DNA of 64,000 bases from Bdellovibrio sp. (GTDB lineage: Bacteria; Bdellovibrionota; Bdellovibrionia; Bdellovibrionales; Bdellovibrionaceae). Location of the stretch: positions 512,001-576,000 of the forward strand of contig JAKFCY010000002.1 of the NCBI GenBank assembly GCA_036676395.1. The letters run 5' to 3'. Each line of letters begins with the position of its first letter. The first letter of the stretch is position 1. The position numbers and the translations under genes are program-made. The notes beneath the pieces were generated by a model that made no database searches, had not been told where the DNA came from, and worked only from the letters and a program-made list of their open reading frames with translations. This document shows, one piece after another, positions 39,598-47,018 of this stretch.

Positions 39598-41757
39598 ATG
39601 AGCGCTGCAGAAAAAAAAGTCAGAAAAAAAAGAAAAGTTAAATCGATAGAGCACACCAAGTCCTCTACCGAGATGTTTACTAACCGCGAATTAGGTTGGT
39701 TGCAGTTTAATATGCGCGTTCTGCATGAAGCTCAAGATAAGAAAAATCCTCTTTTAGAACGTTTAAAATTCTTATCGATTTCTAGCTCAAATTTAGACGA
39801 ATTTTTTATGAAACGCGTCGGCGGTTTAAAACGGCAAATCGCCTATGGTTTGACGCCGAAATCTTCTGACGGGCAAACGCCGAAAAAACAATTGCAGATG
39901 ATTGCGAAAGTCTTAAGCCCGATGCTGACGCAGCAGTCGCTATTGATGGATCAAATTCGTATTGAGCTTGCGCACAAAGGCTGCGAAATCGTAACCTATG
40001 AAAAATTAAAACCTGCAGACCGTAAATTTTTAAAAGAATATTTTTTAAAACAAATTTTTCCGATTCTTACACCGTTATCAGTTGATCCGGGGCATCCGTT
40101 TCCGTTTATTTCAAATTTATCAGTGTCTTTAGGTGTATCACTGGCGCAAACAAACTCAGTTGATGAAGATAAAATATTTGCGCGCGTGAAAATTCCGAAA
40201 CTAGTTGATCAGTGGATTCAAATTGATGAATCGACCCGTTATATTCACGCCATCGAAGTGGTGAAGGCCCATATTGCAGAGCTTTTTCCACAAATGAAAG
40301 TCAAAGGAACCACAGTTTTTAAAGTCACTAGAAACGCCGATTCAGACCGTGAAGATGAAGACACTGAAGATTTATTATCAATGATTGAAGAAGAGCTTCG
40401 TCAGCGCCGTTTTGCTGAAATTGTGCGGCTTGAATTTTCAAACTGCACAGACCCTTGGCTTAAAACATTTTTGGTGCGTGAATTAGAACTTAAAGAAGAA
40501 GATGTCTATGACATGCCTGCAGAATTTGACTTGGTGGATTTGCCATTATTAGTGAATGTGCTGACTTGGCCCAAAGAAAAATTCAACGCGTGGTCGCCAG
40601 TTGTGCCAGCTGTTTTATCAGAGCAAACTTCAATTTTTGATCAGATTAAAAAGCACGATATTTTATTTCACCATCCATTTGAATCTTTTGGGGCTACGGT
40701 TGAACGTTTTATCACTGAAGCCGCCCGTGATCCGCAGGTGTTAGCAATTAAAATGACGTTGTATCGTACGGGTGAAAACAGTGCTTTTATCAGATCGTTG
40801 ATCGAAGCTGCTGCTGCGGGTAAGCAAGTGGTTTGTCTGATCGAATTAAAAGCCCGCTTTGATGAACACCGTAATATTATCTGGGCGCAAGAGCTTGAAA
40901 GTGCTGGAGTGCACGTGGTGTACGGCGTTGTTGGCCTTAAAACGCATGCCAAAACTTCGCTGGTGGTGCGTAAAGAAGAAAAAGGTATTCGCACTTATGC
41001 GCATATCGGGACGGGTAATTACAACGAATCAACTTCTAGATTTTACACCGATGTTGGCGTGTTAACTGCTGATGAGCGCATTACTTCTGAATTGATCGAA
41101 TTATTTAATTACTTAACTGGCAAATCGATGAAAAATGATTACCAGCATTTGTTGCTGGCGCCGGTAAATATGTTTAATAAATTTAAAGAACTTATTTTAC
41201 GTGAAGCCGATCACGCTAAACATAAACGCCCAACGCACATCATGGCAAAATTTAATAATATGGAAGAAAACGATATTTCGTTAGCTCTGTATGAAGCCTC
41301 GCAAGCGGGTGTTTCGGTGCAACTGATCGTGCGGGGTTTTTGCTGTTTAAAGCCCGGTGTTAAAAAAATGAGTGATAAAGTCGAAGTGCAATCTACGATC
41401 GGAAGATTTTTAGAACACTCGCGCATTTTCTATTTCAGAAACGGTAAAGAAGACCCCGTCGACGGAGATTTTTACTTAGGTTCTGCCGATTGGATGTATC
41501 GTAATCTACACGCCCGTGTCGAAGCGATTACGCCAATTTACGATCGTCACGCTAAAGAAAAACTTTGGGATATTCTGCAATCTTATTGGAATGACCAAGC
41601 ACAAAGCTGGGTGATGAAATCAGATGGCACATATGATAAAAAGCAGGTCACTGATCATAAGCTTATAGCTGGTGTGCAAGCTGAAATGATGACGAAAGCT
41701 CTGCAAAAAATCACTCTGACCGAAGATGATTTAGTTCAAGAAGAGCATGACGATTAA
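39598..41757 (+). CDS. ppk1: Polyphosphate kinase 1
   Basis: NRELGWLQFN.RVL, SSNLDEFFMKRV, DPGHPFPFISNLS, ELKARFDE, LKTHAK, GRFLEHSR, SADWM.RNL..RVE. Confidence 0.97.
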   Translation: MSAAEKKVRKKRKVKSIEHTKSSTEMFTNRELGWLQFNMRVLHEAQDKKNPLLERLKFLSISSSNLDEFFMKRVGGLKRQIAYGLTPKSSDGQTPKKQLQMIAKVLSPMLTQQSLLMDQIRIELAHKGCEIVTYEKLKPADRKFLKEYFLKQIFPILTPLSVDPGHPFPFISNLSVSLGVSLAQTNSVDEDKIFARVKIPKLVDQWIQIDESTRYIHAIEVVKAHIAELFPQMKVKGTTVFKVTRNADSDREDEDTEDLLSMIEEELRQRRFAEIVRLEFSNCTDPWLKTFLVRELELKEEDVYDMPAEFDLVDLPLLVNVLTWPKEKFNAWSPVVPAVLSEQTSIFDQIKKHDILFHHPFESFGATVERFITEAARDPQVLAIKMTLYRTGENSAFIRSLIEAAAAGKQVVCLIELKARFDEHRNIIWAQELESAGVHVVYGVVGLKTHAKTSLVVRKEEKGIRTYAHIGTGNYNESTSRFYTDVGVLTADERITSELIELFNYLTGKSMKNDYQHLLLAPVNMFNKFKELILREADHAKHKRPTHIMAKFNNMEENDISLALYEASQAGVSVQLIVRGFCCLKPGVKKMSDKVEVQSTIGRFLEHSRIFYFRNGKEDPVDGDFYLGSADWMYRNLHARVEAITPIYDRHAKEKLWDILQSYWNDQAQSWVMKSDGTYDKKQVTDHKLIAGVQAEMMTKALQKITLTEDDLVQEEHDD

Positions 41758-41758
41758 T

Positions 41759-42631
41759 TTACTTTAGTAAATCGTGAATTGAGCCTTCTTTGAGTCCAGT
41801 CATTGGAATTTTGATTTTGGTAATTTCAAAACGTTTGATGATCATCAGAATTAAATCCATCGCTAAATCTAAAACATCAATACGGTCAGGTCGTAAACCT
41901 AACGCTAATTTTTTCTCATAACTAAGTTTTTGCCAAAGCGCTTGGATTTTTAAAAGCTCCGCTTTTTCTAAATGTGTTTGTGGAGCTTTTTTAAGAAGTA
42001 AAAGTTTTAAACGTGCGACGGCATCAAAATTACCGCCGGTTCCTACAGCTACCGAAAAACGATGACGTCCATTTTTAATTTTACTTAAATGGCCTTCGCA
42101 GAATTCTTTCACATCTTTGTTTTTATTTTTGATCGAAAGCAGGCGAACCACACCTAATGGGTAACTTTTTGAAAAAAGAATTTTATCCTGGTGTAAACCT
42201 GTTAATTCGGCGCTGCCACCGCCGATATCGATTAACAAAGCATCGGCAAAATTATTTGATTTTGATTTCAAAATGGCGTTGCGAATTAAACGGGCTTCAT
42301 CTTGGCCCGAGATAATTTTAAGGCTTACTTTACTGGTCTTTTTGATCAGGGCCACAACAGTTTTGTTGTTTTTCGCATCACGCATGGCACTGGTGGCTAA
42401 GGCGATGATTTTTTGCACTTTGTATTTCTTGTTCAGTTTTGCGATTTTTTTAAAGACTTCGACAAGCTCTGCCACAGTCTCGGGAAGTAAAGCTTTGTGT
42501 TCAAACACGTCAGTTCCCAGGCGCAAAGGGGCTCTAAACTTCTTTATTTGTTCCCATTGGCCGTTTTCATGAATTTCGATAATGACGAGGCGTATAGCAT
42601 TCGAGCCCACATCTATAGAACTGACGCGCAT
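41759..42631 (-). CDS. ppx: Ppx/GppA family exopolyphosphatase (short form, no HD domain)
   Basis: IDVGSNAIR, ATSAMRDA.N, IISG.DEA, DIGGGSAE, RPDRID, GLKEG. Confidence 0.9.
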   Translation of the reverse strand: MRVSSIDVGSNAIRLVIIEIHENGQWEQIKKFRAPLRLGTDVFEHKALLPETVAELVEVFKKIAKLNKKYKVQKIIALATSAMRDAKNNKTVVALIKKTSKVSLKIISGQDEARLIRNAILKSKSNNFADALLIDIGGGSAELTGLHQDKILFSKSYPLGVVRLLSIKNKNKDVKEFCEGHLSKIKNGRHRFSVAVGTGGNFDAVARLKLLLLKKAPQTHLEKAELLKIQALWQKLSYEKKLALGLRPDRIDVLDLAMDLILMIIKRFEITKIKIPMTGLKEGSIHDLLK

Positions 42632-42671
42632 AAAATTCCCTTTAAATTATCCTAAATTGACCTCTCACAGA

Positions 42672-42700
42672 TTGCAAGATGTGTAAAAACAAGCTCTAAT
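42672..42700 (+). promoter_or_regulatory. Putative sigma70 promoter of phoU operon
   Basis: TTGCAA-N17-TCTAAT, 7 nt before ATG; no SD. Confidence 0.55.
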
Positions 42701-42707
42701 ACCTGCT

Positions 42708-43367
42708 ATGGAAAGAACTATAGACGCCCAACTTGAAGATCTTAAGAAAACAATCCTCGAAATGGGAGGCTTTGTAGAAAAAGCCTTAGCAACCGCTATT
42801 GATGGGTTTATGAAAAAAGATCTTTCTTTGTTGGCGACTGTTCACGAAATCGAAAAAAACGTGAACGAACTGCAAATCAAAATCGACAATCTTTGTTTGA
42901 ATATTTTAGCTAAACAGGGCCCCGTGGCTAAAGACTTACGTTTAATTTTATCAGTCATTAAAATTAACACTGATCTTGAGCGTATGGGTGATCAGTGCGT
43001 GAATATCGCCTACCTTGGTAAAGACATTATTAAACGTCCACCACAAAGTATTCCAATAAATGAAATTGAACGTATGGGCGGAACTGTGCGCGCTATGGTT
43101 AAAGGATCTTTAGACTCGTTTGTGCGTATGGATGCGGTGGCTGCTGAAAAAATCCTTAAAATGGACGATGAAGTTGATACTTTAAAGAACGAAGTGACTG
43201 CGTCGAACATCAAAATGATCAAAGGCGATGCAAGCCTAACAGAAACTTGTCTCGACATTATTCAGGTCGCGCGTAATCTAGAGAGATTAGGCGATCACTC
43301 AACGAACATTGCTGAAGATGTGATCTTTGCCTTTACAGGAAAAGACATACGCCATGGTACCAACTAG
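42708..43367 (+). CDS. phoU: Phosphate signalling protein PhoU
   Basis: Two repeats: PVAKDLR...TDLERMGD and RNLERLGDHSTNIAE. Confidence 0.96.
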   Translation: MERTIDAQLEDLKKTILEMGGFVEKALATAIDGFMKKDLSLLATVHEIEKNVNELQIKIDNLCLNILAKQGPVAKDLRLILSVIKINTDLERMGDQCVNIAYLGKDIIKRPPQSIPINEIERMGGTVRAMVKGSLDSFVRMDAVAAEKILKMDDEVDTLKNEVTASNIKMIKGDASLTETCLDIIQVARNLERLGDHSTNIAEDVIFAFTGKDIRHGTN

Positions 43368-44064
43368 CTCAAAGCCGCAAATTCTAATTATCGAAGACGA
43401 ACCAGCGATTGCAGAACTTATTGCTTTAACGATCAAAGAAGTTGATGCAGTTATTGAAAAAACGTTCTCGGCTGAACAAGCGATCTTCTTATTACAAAAT
43501 AAATCTTATGATCTGATTTTAGCTGACTGGATGTTACCAGGCTTACAAGGTATTGATCTGGTGGCTGCTGTTAAAAGTAAAAATCCAGAACAATTAATTT
43601 TAATGATTACCGCGAAAGCCGATTCAGAATCTATCGTGCGTGGCCTTGAAGCGGGTGCTGATGACTACGTATCAAAACCTTTTGATCCGCGAGTACTTGC
43701 AGCCAGAGTTAAAAACCTACTTCGTCGTAAGCAGGCCGAAGCCCAAGCGCAAGTGCTGGGGTCGACCGAGGTGTTTGAACTGAACGGCTTAAAGTTTGAT
43801 TACGGTCGTGTAGAAGTTACACTTAAACAAAATCCGATCCATTTAACGCCTTCTGAATTTAAACTGTTAGGTTTTCTTTTAAAATCGCAGGGGCGCGTTT
43901 TAACGCGTGATCAGCTGATAGATTTGATCCAAGGCGAAGATGTCACCGTAACTGGCCGAACCATCGACACGCATGTGTTTGCTCTACGTAAAAAACTTTT
44001 AGACTGGTCTGAACATATTGAAACAATTAGAGGAGTTGGGTATAGAGTTAACTACTCTATATGA
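43354..44064 (+). CDS. phoB: OmpR/PhoB-family response regulator
   Basis: IEDE, DWMLPG, GADDYVSKPF, LTPSEFKLL, RTIDTHV..LRKK, IETIRGVGY; lies between phoU and a PhoR-like kinase. Confidence 0.85.
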   Translation: MVPTSSKPQILIIEDEPAIAELIALTIKEVDAVIEKTFSAEQAIFLLQNKSYDLILADWMLPGLQGIDLVAAVKSKNPEQLILMITAKADSESIVRGLEAGADDYVSKPFDPRVLAARVKNLLRRKQAEAQAQVLGSTEVFELNGLKFDYGRVEVTLKQNPIHLTPSEFKLLGFLLKSQGRVLTRDQLIDLIQGEDVTVTGRTIDTHVFALRKKLLDWSEHIETIRGVGYRVNYSI

Positions 44065-45326
44065 CTCTGATTTATATCTTGTGCTTCTCATTAGGTTTAC
44101 TTATCGCGTGGCTTGTGTCCTACGCCGTATTCAGTCGCAAAATCAGAACCCAAACCCGTAAAATGGTAAAATTAATGAAGGCTGACGAGCTTAAGCTTGA
44201 TAGCCCAGATGATGCTTATGACGACGATGACGGTCATTTTTTCTCTGACCTAGAGCGCGCCTCATACACTCTGCGCCGCAAGTATTTACGTCTTAAAAAG
44301 AACTCTTCAGATGAACGTGCGGTTTTTGAAACAATATTTTCTGGATTAACCGAAGCGGTTGTAACGATTGATCGTCACTTAAGAATTATTTCTTTTAATG
44401 CGGCTTTCATGCAGCAGTTTAAATGGGCTCCGGCAAACGCAAATTCAAGTTACTATCTGCAAGACGTGATTCGTGAACCTGAAATCTTAGAAGCCTTTAA
44501 AAAAGTATTCGCCGGTGGCGAAGCTAAACGAAAAAATATTGGTGAGTACCAGTTGTTCGCAAGTATTTTACCTTCTATTGAAGATCATAAGACCTGGGCG
44601 CTGGGTGTTTTTTACGATATGTCTGAAATCCAAAAAACCGAAAAAATTCGAGTGGATTTCGTAGCCAATGCATCGCATGAATTACGTACTCCACTGACGG
44701 TGATTCGCGGTTACGCTGATTTATTAAATGCCAATTTACAAAAAGAAGCTTCAGCGCACGCCGAACTTTCGCGTCCAATCGTTGAAAGTGCACATCACAT
44801 GACTTTGCTTTTAAATGATTTATTAAATCTTTCGCGATTAGATAATTTAAATAAAATTGAAAAAGTAAAAATCAGCACCAAAGAAGTCACTGCCGATATT
44901 TTAAGTGAGCTTGAACCGATCATTGCGATGAATAATAAAAAAGTAATTTGTTATTTTAACGAAGAATATGTGTTTGCGGATTATTCAAGTCTTACTCAAG
45001 TGCTGCGTAATTTAATCGTCAATGCCATTCGCTATTCAGGAACTGACCGTGATGCTGAGGTGATCGAAGTGCGTTGGACCAGTCACGGGGTTGCAACTCA
45101 ATTAGTGGTGAAAGACCACGGGCCAGGTATTGGTAAAGAACATCAAAGCCGAATATTCGAACGCTTCTACCGTGTTGATAAAGGCCGTAACCGCAATCAA
45201 GGTGGTTCGGGTCTTGGTTTAGCTTTAGTTAAACATCACACGCAAATTCACGGCGGGCAGATTTCGTTACAATCAGATATCGGTGAAGGCTGTCAATTCA
45301 CATGTGAGTTTCCTAACGGTTTATAG
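44061..45326 (+). CDS. phoR: Sensor histidine kinase, PhoR-like (PAS, HisKA, HATPase)
   Basis: DFVANASHELRTPLT, NLIVNAIRY, DHGPGI, FERFYRVDK.R...GGSGLGL. Confidence 0.88.
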   Translation: MTLIYILCFSLGLLIAWLVSYAVFSRKIRTQTRKMVKLMKADELKLDSPDDAYDDDDGHFFSDLERASYTLRRKYLRLKKNSSDERAVFETIFSGLTEAVVTIDRHLRIISFNAAFMQQFKWAPANANSSYYLQDVIREPEILEAFKKVFAGGEAKRKNIGEYQLFASILPSIEDHKTWALGVFYDMSEIQKTEKIRVDFVANASHELRTPLTVIRGYADLLNANLQKEASAHAELSRPIVESAHHMTLLLNDLLNLSRLDNLNKIEKVKISTKEVTADILSELEPIIAMNNKKVICYFNEEYVFADYSSLTQVLRNLIVNAIRYSGTDRDAEVIEVRWTSHGVATQLVVKDHGPGIGKEHQSRIFERFYRVDKGRNRNQGGSGLGLALVKHHTQIHGGQISLQSDIGEGCQFTCEFPNGL

Positions 45327-45328
45327 TC

Positions 45329-46213
45329 ATGAAATTACATAATGAAAAGTTTGAAGCTTATTTTTCCTCTGTGTATGGCGATCGCTGGCCGGCTTTGTCG
45401 CAAGCGCTAGAAGTTAGCGAAACCCAAGTCTTACGTAAAAACTTATTTGCCGATTATGAAGCTAAAGACTTCTCTGCGGTTAGTTTCAATAATTGTTTTC
45501 AAGTAAACCCAGAAATCAACGTGCATAACTTGCGCGATGCTAATGATGTGCAAGTGTTTTACAAAATGGATCCTGCCAGCGTATTAGTCGCGACAGCACT
45601 TGATGTGCAACCTGAAGACTTGGTCTTAGATATGTGCGCAGCCCCTGGTGGTAAAACCTTAATCTTAGCTGAAAAACTGAATGGCACTGGTCAATTAGTT
45701 TCAAACGAGTATTCGAATGCCCGTCGTGAGCGTCTAGTTCGCGTGGTGCGTGAATATTTACCGCACGAAATGCGCCAGAATGTGTTTGTACAGGGTAAAG
45801 ACGGCAATGCTTATGGCCGAGATAAGGTCGATGTCTTTGATCGTGTGTTAGCCGATGTGCCGTGTTCGGGTGAACGTCATCTTTTAGAAAATCCACAAGA
45901 GTTTTCTGAATGGACAAAACGTCGCAGCGAAAATTTAGCGATTCGTCAGTATTCGTTATTATCATCTGCTTATTTAGCTTGTCGGGTAGGTGGACAAATC
46001 GTTTATTCGACGTGTTCGATTTCGCCTTTAGAAAATGATGATGTTGTTAAAAAATTAAAGAAAAAACGTTCAGTAGAGTTTTTAGAATTTAAAAATATGG
46101 ATAAGTATCCGTTTATAGAAAAAACTGAATTTGGTTATCAGATTTTACCGGATCGTTCCGGTGGTTATGGCCCAATGTATTTTTCGATTATTCGTAAACT
46201 TGCAGATTCGTAA
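45329..46213 (+). CDS. RsmB/RsmF/NSUN-family RNA m5C methyltransferase
   Basis: LDMCAAPGGKT, DVPCSGE, VYSTCS...END. Confidence 0.92.
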   Translation: MKLHNEKFEAYFSSVYGDRWPALSQALEVSETQVLRKNLFADYEAKDFSAVSFNNCFQVNPEINVHNLRDANDVQVFYKMDPASVLVATALDVQPEDLVLDMCAAPGGKTLILAEKLNGTGQLVSNEYSNARRERLVRVVREYLPHEMRQNVFVQGKDGNAYGRDKVDVFDRVLADVPCSGERHLLENPQEFSEWTKRRSENLAIRQYSLLSSAYLACRVGGQIVYSTCSISPLENDDVVKKLKKKRSVEFLEFKNMDKYPFIEKTEFGYQILPDRSGGYGPMYFSIIRKLADS

Positions 46214-46236
46214 TTGTGGTTTTTTAATGTTACACT

Positions 46237-46275
46237 CTTAAGCCGAAAGTTGACCGTCGTCAGAGTGCGTCGACG
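46237..46275 (+). repeat. Left inverted repeat flanking the TPR gene
   Basis: CTTAAGCCGAAAGTTGACCGTCGTCAGAGTGCGTCGACG; 34/39 identical to the reverse complement of 46915-46953. Confidence 0.9.
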
Positions 46276-46304
46276 CGATCTAAGTTATCACGAATAATGG
46301 TTGT

Positions 46305-46850
46305 CTATTTGATAAGTGTTTTTGTCCTATTTATCGCAAAATTTGTCGAGACTATTTGATCTTCAGGAGCATTACGCTGAATCCGAAGTTTCATGGCTTC
46401 TTCAAAGCAAAGTAGTGCCTCTGAAAATCTACTCTGGTCGAATAAGTTTTTTCCTGCATGTTGAAGTGCAAAGTCTAAATATAAATTAGCCTCAGAGTTT
46501 ATTCTGCAAGCAGAAATAATTTTGTTAAAAAGAAAATCGCTTTCATTATATCTTTTTTGCCATTGTAACACATGGGCTAATCGAATGTTTTGTTGAACTT
46601 CCAATTTAATACCTAAATGATTATTTTTTGTAAGCTCTAAGGCTTCTAAAAGATAATTTTGTGCACTCACTAGGTCATTAAGACTTCTTAGGTAAGTGCC
46701 AAGTTCACCTAGTGTGCGAACTCGTTCAATGGGTGTTATTGAGCTTTTTAATTTTTGTCTTAATTCGTTAGTGTATTCTTTAAGACCATTTGGATCACAT
46801 GGTATATCCCATAAATTCTCGTCAAATTTTATCTCAAGTCTTTTATCCAT
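46305..46850 (-). CDS. Tetratricopeptide repeat protein
   Basis: Helical TPR-like repeats (LGELGTYLR...A..YL.EAL; RLAHVLQWQ.RY.E; FALQHAGK.LFDQ.R..EAL..FE.A..LR). Confidence 0.85.
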   Translation of the reverse strand: MDKRLEIKFDENLWDIPCDPNGLKEYTNELRQKLKSSITPIERVRTLGELGTYLRSLNDLVSAQNYLLEALELTKNNHLGIKLEVQQNIRLAHVLQWQKRYNESDFLFNKIISACRINSEANLYLDFALQHAGKNLFDQSRFSEALLCFEEAMKLRIQRNAPEDQIVSTNFAINRTKTLIK

Positions 46851-46914
46851 CTAGTACGAGTATGTAACAGAAATAAGTTTTGGTCATCTGACTAATCTTA
46901 TCCGTTAGAGTATC

Positions 46915-46953
46915 CATCAACGCGCTCTGACGACGGTCAACTTCCGGCTCAAG
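46915..46953 (-). repeat. Right inverted repeat flanking the TPR gene
   Basis: Minus strand CTTGAGCCGGAAGTTGACCGTCGTCAGAGCGCGTTGATG. Confidence 0.9.
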
Positions 46954-46963
46954 GCACTCACAC

Positions 46964-46994
46964 AAAAAAAAGCCCCGGTATTTCTACCGAGGCT
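46964..46994 (-). terminator. Intrinsic terminator of the di-heme protein gene
   Basis: Minus strand AGCCTCGGT-agaaat-ACCGGGGC-T8; shares a 25-mer with the fusA terminator. Confidence 0.85.
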
Positions 46995-47018
46995 CGTTAT
47001 TTAATCTTTAATTTCAGA

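Noticed and set aside
42632..42707. Possible Pho box upstream of phoU/ppx
   Set aside because: CTCTCACA...GTGTAAAA is too weak a match to tandem 11-bp CTGTCAT repeats to call.
16204..46953. 39-bp repeats as a CRISPR array
   Set aside because: Three dispersed copies, two inverted, with no regular spacers and no cas genes.
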